64,000 bases of DNA, from the NCBI GenBank assembly GCA_964634935.1, contig CAZWJT010000002.1:74643-138642 (forward strand). The letters run 5' to 3'. This document shows positions 1 through 8,937 of this stretch, piece after piece (the first letter of the stretch is position 1; every line of letters begins with the position of its first letter). The stretch comes from an uncultured Planctomycetia bacterium. GTDB lineage: Bacteria > Omnitrophota > Gorgyraeia > Duberdicusellales > Duberdicusellaceae. The position numbers and the translations under genes are program-made. The notes under the pieces were generated by a model, which had not been told where the DNA came from, did no database searches, and worked only from the letters and a program-made list of their open reading frames with translations.

Positions 1-174
1 ATCCCGGTTAAGATAGCTGCTGCTGACGGAACCTGGGAGACCACTTATCAGAACATTAAACTTGGTTCTCAGTCGGAGAGCTTGTTTGAAGTCCCCGACG
101 GGTATACGAAATTTTCAATGGATATCCCATCACTTCAGGAAATGGGGGATACGGCACTTCCTGAGAAAAATTAA
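1..174 (+). CDS. 3' end of a hypothetical protein (partial; C-terminus ...FEVPDGYTKFSMDIPSLQEMGDTALPEKN)
   Basis: Open frame 1 runs from the window edge to a TAA at 172-174. No recognisable domain. A hairpin terminator follows. Confidence 0.35.
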   Translation: MPVKIAAADGTWETTYQNIKLGSQSESLFEVPDGYTKFSMDIPSLQEMGDTALPEKN

Positions 175-213
175 GAGAGTACAACTGTCGAGAATTTCGC
201 AGATTATTGTGTT

Positions 214-258
214 GCTGAGAGAACACTCTCGGGTTACTTGAGAGTGTTCTCTTTTTTA
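214..258 (+). terminator. Rho-independent terminator (stem gagagaacactct / agagtgttctctt plus T-run)
   Basis: Perfect inverted repeat 216-228 / 241-253 followed by TTTTTT, directly downstream of the partial CDS. Confidence 0.5.
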
Positions 259-289
259 TCCGGCTGTGTTTTTTCTGATAGACGGAGCA

Positions 290-1630
290 ATGACGGCAAT
301 ATTTAAAAAAAGTATCTCGGTTAGTTTCCCGATGACGTTGATCATGCTTTTTGTGTTTTTGATCGGGTTGGCAGATGTTTATGTCGCGGGAAAATTCGGG
401 AAAGAGATACAAGCTGCCTATGGGGTCGTTTTCCAGTTATATTTCATCTTTAGTATTGTTGCAACAGCGCTGACGGTCGGCGTTGTTTCCGTTGTTGCCA
501 TGCTTTTTACGGCAGCCAAAAAGGAAAACCTTTCCTTCGCGGTTGGGTCTGCGCTTGCCGCGGCTTCCGTCGGGGGAATCTTTTTCTCGATTGGAGGATT
601 CATTCTATCGGGGCCGATTCTCAGTTTTTTCCGAGTCCCCACCGAAGTCATACGTTTTGCCATCCCCTTAGCAAAGATATATTTTTTGGGTTTGTTTTGT
701 AACTATGTGCTTTTGACTACAAACGGGATTTTGCGTGCGTGTGATCAAATCCTCAAATCACTCCTTACGATGTTTCTTGTTTGCATTCTGAACGTTGTCC
801 TTAATTTTTTTCTTGCGTTTAAAACTCCACTGGGATTTTATGGTATCGCAGTAGCGACCGTTGCGAGCAGTTTTTGTGGAAGCATCATGAATTTTTCCTA
901 TTGCCGTTCTTTACTCATCCGGGGGTGTCTTTTTTCTTGGGATACATTATGGAAAATACTTTCCATCGGATGGCCAGCTGGGCTCATGCAGGTTCTCTGG
1001 CAATCGGGCGTCATGGTTTTATTCCTTATTTTGGCATGTCTTCCCCAGAATGCCGTTGAAACAATGGCGGCATTTACCAACGGGATTCGGATCGAGGGGA
1101 TTATATTTCTTCCGGCGTTTGCGTTTAATATGGCGAATGCCGTTGTCGTGGGGAATCTGCTTGGGAAGTCCGATTATAAGAACGCTTTTCTCAGCGGAAT
1201 TATTACCGCAGTAAGCGGAGTCGCTATCGTTGTTATCCTTACCGTCATTGTTCTTTTCCAAGCCCGCGCGATTTCTTTATTCCTTTCGGATAATCCAATT
1301 GTTATCCAAGAATGCGTGCGTTATATTTTTATCAGTTTGCTTTTTGAACCGATCATGGCTTGGGGGGTTATTCTTGGGGGTGGTTTAAGCGGGGCTGGAG
1401 ATACAAAGAGCGTTATGATAAGCATTCTTGTAAGTATTTGGTTCATCCGGATTCCGCTCAGCTACCTCTTCGGGATTATGCTCGGGTACGGGGCGAGTGG
1501 AATATGGTGGGCAATGAATATTTCTCTTTTTATTCAAGCTGTCCTTATTTCTTTTTTCTATTTCAGGAATGACTGGAAAAATTCATCGTCTCTGGTTCTC
1601 TCCGACGGCAAGCAGCCGGTGGTTGAATAA
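290..1630 (+). CDS. MATE family multidrug/oligosaccharidyl-lipid efflux transporter
   Basis: 446-aa polytopic membrane protein with 12 predicted TM segments and the characteristic duplicated 6-TM halves. GGAG RBS sits before the ATG at 290; the ORF-track start at 266 is probably an N-terminal extension. Confidence 0.8.
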   Translation: MTAIFKKSISVSFPMTLIMLFVFLIGLADVYVAGKFGKEIQAAYGVVFQLYFIFSIVATALTVGVVSVVAMLFTAAKKENLSFAVGSALAAASVGGIFFSIGGFILSGPILSFFRVPTEVIRFAIPLAKIYFLGLFCNYVLLTTNGILRACDQILKSLLTMFLVCILNVVLNFFLAFKTPLGFYGIAVATVASSFCGSIMNFSYCRSLLIRGCLFSWDTLWKILSIGWPAGLMQVLWQSGVMVLFLILACLPQNAVETMAAFTNGIRIEGIIFLPAFAFNMANAVVVGNLLGKSDYKNAFLSGIITAVSGVAIVVILTVIVLFQARAISLFLSDNPIVIQECVRYIFISLLFEPIMAWGVILGGGLSGAGDTKSVMISILVSIWFIRIPLSYLFGIMLGYGASGIWWAMNISLFIQAVLISFFYFRNDWKNSSSLVLSDGKQPVVE

Positions 1631-1709
1631 ATACTATTGCCAAAAGCAGCCACAAATGTATAATGCAAGTACATGAGTGAAAGACCACAGGAAAACGCAG
1701 AATAAAAAA

Positions 1710-1741
1710 AGAGCCTATACATAAGGAGGCTCTTTTTTTTC
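1710..1741 (+). terminator. Rho-independent terminator after the MATE gene
   Basis: agagcct (1710-1716) pairs with aggctct (1727-1733), followed by an 8-T run. Confidence 0.6.
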
Positions 1742-1764
1742 GCTCCAAACGAAAGGGGGAAAAT

Positions 1765-1935
1765 ATGGTTTTAGGCATCAGCGATCCTTTTATCTGGGGA
1801 GTGTATCTGCTTTGTATTCTGGCTGGAGCAACTTGTGTAATCTATGGGTTCATCAACTGGAATCGCGGAGATGAAGAAGCGCGCCCGGAAGATCTTACTT
1901 GGGTTAAACAAGAAGAAGCCAGAGAGGATGAATAA
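1765..1935 (+). CDS. Small single-TM membrane protein (56 aa), likely an accessory subunit for the downstream solute:sodium symporter (DUF3311/DUF4212-like)
   Basis: ATG at 1765 is preceded by AAGGGGGA. Sequence is MVLGISDPFIWGVYLLCILAGATCVIYGFINWNRGDEEARPEDLTWVKQEEAREDE, with a TAA at 1933-1935. The ORF track missed it (<60 aa). It ends 20 nt before the symporter start. Confidence 0.5.
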   Translation: MVLGISDPFIWGVYLLCILAGATCVIYGFINWNRGDEEARPEDLTWVKQEEAREDE

Positions 1936-1955
1936 GGTAAAGGAGGGAGAACGCC

Positions 1956-3554
1956 ATGGATAATTTCTTCCTGTTAACAATCATTATCGTCGCTTACCTT
2001 TTGATCATTGGTTATCTGGGGTACTATGGATATCGAAAAACCAAGAGTGCCCTTGATTATCTTGTAGCTGGCAGAACGATACATCCGGTAGTTATGGCAC
2101 TTTCCTATGGAGCCACTTTCATCAGTACCTCAGCGATTGTTGGATTTGGCGGTGCGGCAGCGCTCTATGGGATGGGGCTTCTTTGGCTTACGTTCCTGAA
2201 TATTTTTGTAGGCATCTTTATCGCTTTTGTTTTTTTTGGCAGGCGCACGCGAAAAATGGGACATAACCTTGATGCGCACACGTTTCCAGAATTCCTTGGC
2301 AAGCGTTTTCAATCGCCATTTGTCCAAGGATTCAGCGGGTTGGTTATTTTTTTCTTCATGCCGTTGTATTCGGCAGCAGTCTTAATCGGTGCGGCGCGTT
2401 TTCTTGAAACAACGTTAACTCCGCATATTGATTACAATGTCGCCCTGCTTATTTACACATTGATCATTTGCGCCTATGTGCTTGCTGGAGGCTTGAAAGC
2501 AGTGATGTATACCGATGCTTTACAGGGTGCAATCATGTTTGTTGGGATGATTGCCCTTTTGTTTTTTACTTACTCACAGTTTGGTGGAGTTACTGTCGCC
2601 CATCAGGCTCTTTCTGCGTTATCCAGTCAAGTACCAGAGAAACTTGCCCAAATGGGGCACCGGGGCTGGACAAGCATGCCGGCATTCGGCTCGCCAATCT
2701 GGTGGTCGCTTGTTTCAACGATTGTCATGGGGGTAGGAATCGGCGTTTTGGCTCAGCCGCAACTCGTTGTTCGCTTTATGACCGTAAAAAGCTCTAAAGA
2801 AATAAACCGGGCTGTTCCAGTTGGCGGGGTGTTTATCCTCAGTATGACTGGGGTTGCTTTTATTGTGGGAGCGCTTTCCAACGCCTATTTTTTCAATAAT
2901 CCTGCTTTTGGAAAGATTGCCTCTGCTGTAGTTTCAGGGAATATTGATAAAATTATCCCGCTTTATATTAACAGTGCACTCCCTCAATGGTTTGTTTATG
3001 TGTTTATGCTTACGTTGCTTTCTGCAGCTATGTCAACGTCAAGTTCTCAGTTTCATACGCTTGGCACTGCTATTGGGCGTGATTTTTATGAGAAGGTATT
3101 TATTGGGAAAACATCCCCGCATACCGTGATCATTACCCGTTGTGGAATCATTCTGGGCGTTATCGTAACCGTTATTCTCGGCTATAAACTTCCTGGAAGT
3201 GTTATTGCGGTGGCGACTGCGATGTTTTTTGGACTCTGCGCGAATACCTTCCTTCCTGCGTATGTCGCAGCTCTTTTTATGCCGCGTGTGACCAAAACAG
3301 CAGTTTTAGCGAGCATGTTTACTGGTTTTATCGGAACGGTTGTCTGGCTTGTTTTTGTTCATCAAAAAGAATCAGAGGCGCTCGGTATCTGTAAGTTTAT
3401 TTTTAACAAGCCGACACTTGCAGCGTATCCTTGGACTGTGGTTGATCCAATCGTTGTTATACTGCCATTGTCAGCATGTGTACTTCTCGCAGTGACTTTT
3501 TTTACAAAAAAGATGGCAAAAAACCATCTCGAAATTTGTTTTAAGAACGTTTAA
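1956..3554 (+). CDS. Sodium:solute symporter family (SSS, PutP/PanF-like) transporter
   Basis: 532 aa with 13-14 TM segments. N-terminal pattern YLVAGRTIHPVVMALSYGATFISTSAIVGFGG is typical of SSS. RBS AAAGGAGGGAG. Confidence 0.85.
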   Translation: MDNFFLLTIIIVAYLLIIGYLGYYGYRKTKSALDYLVAGRTIHPVVMALSYGATFISTSAIVGFGGAAALYGMGLLWLTFLNIFVGIFIAFVFFGRRTRKMGHNLDAHTFPEFLGKRFQSPFVQGFSGLVIFFFMPLYSAAVLIGAARFLETTLTPHIDYNVALLIYTLIICAYVLAGGLKAVMYTDALQGAIMFVGMIALLFFTYSQFGGVTVAHQALSALSSQVPEKLAQMGHRGWTSMPAFGSPIWWSLVSTIVMGVGIGVLAQPQLVVRFMTVKSSKEINRAVPVGGVFILSMTGVAFIVGALSNAYFFNNPAFGKIASAVVSGNIDKIIPLYINSALPQWFVYVFMLTLLSAAMSTSSSQFHTLGTAIGRDFYEKVFIGKTSPHTVIITRCGIILGVIVTVILGYKLPGSVIAVATAMFFGLCANTFLPAYVAALFMPRVTKTAVLASMFTGFIGTVVWLVFVHQKESEALGICKFIFNKPTLAAYPWTVVDPIVVILPLSACVLLAVTFFTKKMAKNHLEICFKNV

Positions 3555-3612
3555 TCTTTCTTTTGAGCGGAATTTTTTTAACGGTTCGCTATAGAATCAT
3601 CGAGGAGGAAAC

Positions 3613-5073
3613 GTGACTTCGATAATTCTTATTTCCATCTTTTTTTGTGGTATGATCGCCGTTGGGTTTTGGGGTATGCGCAAAACCAGAAGCCTCAATG
3701 ACTTTTTCCTGGGCAATCGTACTGTAGGGCCGTGGATTTCGGCTTTTGCCTATGGCACTACTTATTTTTCGGCTGTTCTTTTTATCGGGTTTGCAGGCAA
3801 AATCGGTTGGGGGTTTGGCCTTCATTCATTCTGGATAGTTTTAGGGAATAGTTTCTTGGGTTCATTTCTTGCTTGGATTGTTTTAGGAGGGAGAACCCGC
3901 CGGATGAGTCATAACCTGAATGCGATGACGATGCCAGAATTTCTTTCTGGACGTTTTGGGAGTGAACATCTGAAGATATTTTCTGCGCTCATTATTTTTA
4001 TTTTTCTTCTTCCTTATTCCGCCTCGGTATTTAAGGGATTGGGGTATCTGTTTGAGGCGAATTTCCATATCTCCTACGATCTTGCGCTTCTGGTCATGAT
4101 CGCGATTACTGGAATCTACCTGATTCTGGGTGGCTATTTTGCGATCACCCTTACGGATTTTATACAGGGTATTATCATGATTTTTGGCTCGTTCATCATG
4201 GTTTTTGTGCTTGTGAATAAAGCTGGAGGAAGTTTGACGATCATCCCGCTCGTTGCAAGCAAATACAGCGAACATGTTTCTTTGGCGCAACAGCCGACGC
4301 TCCTTACGATTATTTCTTTGGTGTTTATGACCTCATTCGGGACATGGGGTATGCCGCAGATGGTGCAAAAATTTTATGCAATCAAGAATGAATCGATGAT
4401 TCTAAAGGCGGCGATTGTTACTACTTTGTTTTCTTTCACTATCACGGGCGCCGCTTATTTTACTGGAGCGATGGCCCACGTGTTCTATGACGCGCCTCCT
4501 CTTATTTCCGGGGTTTCCGCTTTCGATCAGATTATCCCGAATCTGCTTACCGAATATTTGCCGCCTTTTTTGATGGCGCTGATTATGCTGCTTGTGCTTT
4601 CTGCTTCGATGTCAACCCTTTCATCGCTTGTGCTTGTTTCTGCTTCGGCTATCGCGATTGATCTGTGCCAGGGAAGGATTCGCCCCGGGATGCGTAAAGA
4701 AAATTCGTTGCTCATGATACGGTTTTTAAGCGGTGTTTTCATTGTACTTTCGTATTTTATCGCAAAAACAAATTTTTCATTAATCGTAACATTAATGTCG
4801 CTCTCATGGGGCGTGGTTTCTGGAGCATTCATGGCGCCTTTTGTATATGGTTTATATTGGAAACGGGTTACTCTCGCGGGTGTTGCTTGTGGCATGCTGA
4901 GTGGGGTTACCGCCGCGATTGTCCTTTTTTCCCGGCTTGGACCCCAGAATTCACCCCTTGCTTCAACCATAGCGATGGTAATTCCATTTTTCGTTATCCC
5001 GCTGGTGAGTTTTTGCACAAAACCTCCGGATGTCTTGCGGATACAGAAGGCTTTTCAGGGGATTGCTGAATAA
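3613..5073 (+). CDS. Sodium:solute symporter family transporter (tandem paralog)
   Basis: 486 aa, GTG start after GAGGAGG. Motif FFLGNRTVGPWISAFAYGTTYFSAVLFIGFAG is paralogous to the upstream SSS gene. Confidence 0.85.
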   Translation: MTSIILISIFFCGMIAVGFWGMRKTRSLNDFFLGNRTVGPWISAFAYGTTYFSAVLFIGFAGKIGWGFGLHSFWIVLGNSFLGSFLAWIVLGGRTRRMSHNLNAMTMPEFLSGRFGSEHLKIFSALIIFIFLLPYSASVFKGLGYLFEANFHISYDLALLVMIAITGIYLILGGYFAITLTDFIQGIIMIFGSFIMVFVLVNKAGGSLTIIPLVASKYSEHVSLAQQPTLLTIISLVFMTSFGTWGMPQMVQKFYAIKNESMILKAAIVTTLFSFTITGAAYFTGAMAHVFYDAPPLISGVSAFDQIIPNLLTEYLPPFLMALIMLLVLSASMSTLSSLVLVSASAIAIDLCQGRIRPGMRKENSLLMIRFLSGVFIVLSYFIAKTNFSLIVTLMSLSWGVVSGAFMAPFVYGLYWKRVTLAGVACGMLSGVTAAIVLFSRLGPQNSPLASTIAMVIPFFVIPLVSFCTKPPDVLRIQKAFQGIAE

Positions 5074-5081
5074 GGAGGGAC

Positions 5082-5369
5082 ATGGAGCGGAGAAAAATAC
5101 ATGTTGGGAAGAAAAATATCGAAGCTTTTTGTCTTTCTCTCGGACGGAAAAATTTCATTCTTCTGAAAGGGAAAAAAGGCTATGTGATGTGCGGTTATCT
5201 TAATTTACGTACAGCCGAAAAAGCTCATGATGTGGCAGTAAAAATAACCGGGGTTTCGAGTATATCCCAAGCTGTAAGTTCTGTGGTTCAGAGCTGCACT
5301 TCATATGCGAAAAAAGCTGGTATTCAGAAAGGTTTACCGGTGCGCAAGGTTCTTAAGTTGATCGCGTAG
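5082..5369 (+). CDS. DUF1805 / YunC-like small protein
   Basis: GYVMCGYLN...A..ITGV....Q......V......AKKAGIQKGLP matches the YunC-type pattern. It starts 9 nt after the symporter stop. Confidence 0.45.
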   Translation: MERRKIHVGKKNIEAFCLSLGRKNFILLKGKKGYVMCGYLNLRTAEKAHDVAVKITGVSSISQAVSSVVQSCTSYAKKAGIQKGLPVRKVLKLIA

Positions 5370-5550
5370 GGCTACTTTTATTGATCGATTGGAATGGTAA
5401 TTCAGTTCGGCGAGCCCTGGTATTCAGGAAGAATATTGTGATATACTTTACGTGGATGAAATTGAGATGTTTTATAGATATTCAGTAATCCGAGCCGCCG
5501 GAAGAAAACCCCGCCATTTTCAAGAATCGTTTTGCAAGCGCAAGCAATCC

Positions 5551-5937
5551 ATGACCCTGATCGAGACTTTAGTCGCGCTTTTTATCTTTATTACTGCTGC
5601 CTTGGGAGTGCTTCAGGTGTTTCTTTCTTCGGTATATCTTTCTGAGTCGGTGAAAGGAAAATCAACGATGATGTACCACCTTGAAAATATGATGGAAAAA
5701 ATCAGGTGTACGCCTTTTACTCAGATGACTGTTTTATTCCCGCATACACTCCAGGATGGTCCAGTTGCTAACCCTTATGCAACCATTACCGGAGGGTACA
5801 CCTTACAGAATGAGCACATCGTTGTTTCCTATCAGAATCCAACGGCCGATCCGCTTGAAGTTACCGTAACCGGCACTTGGCAAACAAGTCAAGGAAGAAC
5901 CATAAGCAGGCGCTTTTCAACCTTAAAAACGAGATGA
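5551..5937 (+). CDS. Prepilin-type N-terminal domain protein (minor pilin / pseudopilin)
   Basis: N-terminus MTLIETLVALFIFITAALGVLQVF has the TLIE...hydrophobic pilin/pseudopilin motif. The ORF-track start at 5452 gives a 33-aa extension with no Gly at -1. Its stop overlaps the next pilin start (ATGA). Confidence 0.6.
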   Translation: MTLIETLVALFIFITAALGVLQVFLSSVYLSESVKGKSTMMYHLENMMEKIRCTPFTQMTVLFPHTLQDGPVANPYATITGGYTLQNEHIVVSYQNPTADPLEVTVTGTWQTSQGRTISRRFSTLKTR

Positions 5938-6527
5938 TCCAAAAAATAAGCCTTCCTCTAAAGCGAAAGGGTTTTACGGTCGCTGAACTTGTGGTAGGGA
6001 TTGGTATTTTTGTTATTCTCGGTGCACTTACGTTCCAAGTGTATATGCAGGGAGTAAATATTTGGTATAAGTTGACTGGCGAGAGCACTATGCGTTCGCG
6101 GGCCCGGCGAGCAATGAACTTTATGATGAATGAGCTTAAGAATGCCACTCGAACGTCTTCAGAGAATCCTTCGCCAAATTTAGCGATACCTTCGCATCCA
6201 AATAATCGCTCGATTGATTTCTATCTGCCTGTAGATTCTAATGATGCCAATACTATTATTATCAATGCTCTCGGGGCAATTGAGTGGGATAAAAGCAATA
6301 AGATTCAATATCAGTATATTCCTGGACAGCAAATGCTCAGAAGACTTGAAAAGGGCAATCACGTGGTTATTGCTGAAGGAGTTTCGGCGATTACGTTCGA
6401 GGACGCGTCTATTGTCCCATCGCTTCTGGCCGACGAACTGAGAATTTCACTCACCTTATTGGGTACTACCGAACGTCGTCAATCTGTCTCAAGTACTGTG
6501 GTTGGTATCGTGAGTTTGCGTAACTAG
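5934..6527 (+). CDS. Pseudopilin / minor type IV pilin with canonical class III signal (KRKG-FTVAELVVGIGIF)
   Basis: G at -1, F at +1 and E at +5 relative to the predicted prepilin peptidase site. Translationally coupled to the upstream gene. Confidence 0.7.
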   Translation: MIQKISLPLKRKGFTVAELVVGIGIFVILGALTFQVYMQGVNIWYKLTGESTMRSRARRAMNFMMNELKNATRTSSENPSPNLAIPSHPNNRSIDFYLPVDSNDANTIIINALGAIEWDKSNKIQYQYIPGQQMLRRLEKGNHVVIAEGVSAITFEDASIVPSLLADELRISLTLLGTTERRQSVSSTVVGIVSLRN

Positions 6528-6537
6528 CGAGGAACAG

Positions 6538-8196
6538 ATGAATACAAGAAAAAAGATTCGTTTTCATCGTGCGAACTTTAAGAAGGCGCAAGCCCTCCTG
6601 CTTGTTTATTTTGTGGTGATAGTGCTCCTTACTCTGGCAGTGCCTTTGCTCCAGAGAATCCTGGGGGATAATGTGCTTCTTCAACAAGAATTACTCCGCA
6701 AGGAAGCCTTTTATCTTGCAGAAGGCGGGATAGAGGATATCGTAAACCAGTTTACGGGGGATATTGCGAATTTCGTGATTAGCCCCACTGTTACCCGGTA
6801 TCCTTCCAGCGGGGTTATTACGACTACTTACTCGGGTGTTTCGGGATTTCCCGGTGCCACTGTTACAACATATATTGATGAAGCGGAAAGCGGACAGCGG
6901 GTTATTACTGATCCGGACGGAACTCAGGTTACCGTCAGGTCCTACGTGATTCACTCGACTTGCGTTCATCCCAGACAAAACAGTATCACCGTGGGTATTC
7001 ACCAGGCGTTTCTTCTGAGATTGACTTCGGCATTTCAATATACTGTTTTTTATAACGATGACCTTGAAATCATCCCAGGGAAAAATATGACCTTGAGCGG
7101 GAGAGTTCACTCGAACAGTGATATCTATTTAGCCGCGGACGGTTCATCGACAGATCTTACGTTAGATAGTGAATATGTGCGTACAGTCGGGAATATGTAT
7201 AACAAGCGCAAAGATCGGACAGAAGTTATGCAGGGAGATGTAAGTATCCGTAAGGCAGGCACCGGATCGTATGATGATATGGACGGGCTTGATAGTGAAG
7301 ATACAGAGTGGGCAACCGAATCGCAAACCCGCTGGAGGGGCACTGTCCAGAGCGGGGTTCACGGCGTGACCCAGTTAGCTACCCCAGCCGTAGGCTCAAT
7401 CCAGCCAGGCTCTGGACATTATTACTATGACAATGCGGGATTACGCATTGAGAACGGCCGGCTATATCAGGGTGCTCAGGAACTTGTTCAAGGGGTGCAC
7501 GTGCCCGCAAATACGGTTACTGTGACAACTGCTTTTCAGAACAAGCGCGAAAATAAATACGTGAATATGGTTAACATTGATTTAGCCAAACTTGCGGGTG
7601 TAAGCGGCGGTTATCCGGGCTATAACAATAATCTTCCGGCAAACGGCCTTTTATACGCAACGGCAAATACCGGAGCTTCAGGAGAGCAGCCGGGGGTTCG
7701 TCTGGTGAACGGCGGCACGCTTTATCGTGGAGGAGGTCTTACCGTAGTTACCAATGACCCGCTTTACATTCAAGGAGATTACAATACAACGAATAAAAAG
7801 CCGTCGGCGGTTATCAGTGATTCCGTGAATATCCTTTCGAATGGATGGGGTGGCAGTGATGCCAAGAGTACTCAGAGTTTAAGTAATCGTATTGCAACGG
7901 CAACAACGGTTAATACTGCATTCATCGCCGGAGTGCGTAATACCACGGTGGGAAGTTATAGCGGCGGATTGGAGAATTATCCTCGTCTCCACGAAGATTG
8001 GTCTGGAAAAACTCTATACATACGGGGAGCTTTTCTTGAAATGTGGAACAGCCAAGTCGCTCAAGGCCCTTGGTCAAGCGCTTCGTATAGCGCTCCGAAC
8101 CGTAATTGGAATTATGACAGTGATCTTTCAAATCAAAACCCTCCTTTTACTCCCTTTGCCGTTGAAGCTCAGCGCAGTGCCTGGTGGAAAAGTTAG
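6538..8196 (+). CDS. PilX-like N-terminal domain large minor pilin / pilus-associated protein, Gly/Thr/Asn-rich
   Basis: N-terminal KKAQALLLVYFVVIVLLTLAVPLLQ resembles the PilX_N anchor. 552 aa, low complexity and beta-rich. Sits in a pilin gene cluster. Confidence 0.45.
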   Translation: MNTRKKIRFHRANFKKAQALLLVYFVVIVLLTLAVPLLQRILGDNVLLQQELLRKEAFYLAEGGIEDIVNQFTGDIANFVISPTVTRYPSSGVITTTYSGVSGFPGATVTTYIDEAESGQRVITDPDGTQVTVRSYVIHSTCVHPRQNSITVGIHQAFLLRLTSAFQYTVFYNDDLEIIPGKNMTLSGRVHSNSDIYLAADGSSTDLTLDSEYVRTVGNMYNKRKDRTEVMQGDVSIRKAGTGSYDDMDGLDSEDTEWATESQTRWRGTVQSGVHGVTQLATPAVGSIQPGSGHYYYDNAGLRIENGRLYQGAQELVQGVHVPANTVTVTTAFQNKRENKYVNMVNIDLAKLAGVSGGYPGYNNNLPANGLLYATANTGASGEQPGVRLVNGGTLYRGGGLTVVTNDPLYIQGDYNTTNKKPSAVISDSVNILSNGWGGSDAKSTQSLSNRIATATTVNTAFIAGVRNTTVGSYSGGLENYPRLHEDWSGKTLYIRGAFLEMWNSQVAQGPWSSASYSAPNRNWNYDSDLSNQNPPFTPFAVEAQRSAWWKS

Positions 8197-8318
8197 ATTG
8201 TTTTAGACTTTAATTTCGAAGCGGTTCGTTTAATTCGAGAGGGGGTTTTACGTTCAGGGTATTTTTATGAAGGGGAAACTAGATTTTTTTGGATGAGGGT
8301 AGCGTTCAATGTGAGGGA

Positions 8319-8813
8319 TTATAGTGCGGGATCATAGTAGGGGATATCACTACCCAGATAAACAGCGATACATTGACCTGCCATAATTGTCCCAGCTTTT
8401 CCTGAGGCGACTACGCGTGCCCGATCTAATCCACCGGCGCCTTTTGCCGAACAAGCTGGTCCGTCAAAATCGCCGTGCTGAAAATCATACCAAAAATAGC
8501 GGTCAGTGCAATTGGGATTGTTTGATCCACCAAGGCCAACTTTATCCCAATCAGCACCAGGGCAGCCCCCATTTGCATTCCAGGTTGCGCCAACTCCAGT
8601 AACCAGATTGGCGGTAACGTCAGCGGTAACATTTGCTTCAAAGTATTGGTATTGTTTTATGTGGGCCAAGGCAGTTCTTGCCGTGGCGACTCCTTGAGCG
8701 ATTATTGAATTTCTGACAACTTTCCGATAAGAAATAAATCCGATCAGGGCAAGAATACCGAGAATAACAACAACTGCGGTTATTTCAACTATCGTGAAAA
8801 CTTTCCGTTTCAT
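8319..8813 (-). CDS. Type IV pilin-like protein (MKRKV-FTIVEITAVVVILGILALIG)
   Basis: Prepilin-type N-methylation domain with E at +5. Has C-terminal Cys residues for a disulfide. Convergent with the PilX-like gene. Confidence 0.7.
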   Translation of the reverse strand: MKRKVFTIVEITAVVVILGILALIGFISYRKVVRNSIIAQGVATARTALAHIKQYQYFEANVTADVTANLVTGVGATWNANGGCPGADWDKVGLGGSNNPNCTDRYFWYDFQHGDFDGPACSAKGAGGLDRARVVASGKAGTIMAGQCIAVYLGSDIPYYDPAL

Positions 8814-8937
8814 TCTTTACTACCTCATACTAAGTATATCATATTTTTCGGCTCTAAATCAATCATTTTTTAAAGTCTTCGATTGTTCATTTAATGTTCT
8901 GTGCTATAATAATTTTACGTATAAAAAGGAGGATAGC

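Noticed and set aside
4527-5018. 163-aa ORF on the minus strand
   Set aside because: It lies entirely antisense within the second SSS symporter gene, which has an unmistakable TM-protein signature. The composition is typical of a shadow ORF.
8794-8937. N-terminal 48-codon extension of the M42 peptidase ORF
   Set aside because: The extension is hydrophobic junk overlapping the divergent pilin promoter. A strong RBS (AAAGGAGG) sits immediately before the ATG at 8938, which yields a normal M42 N-terminus.
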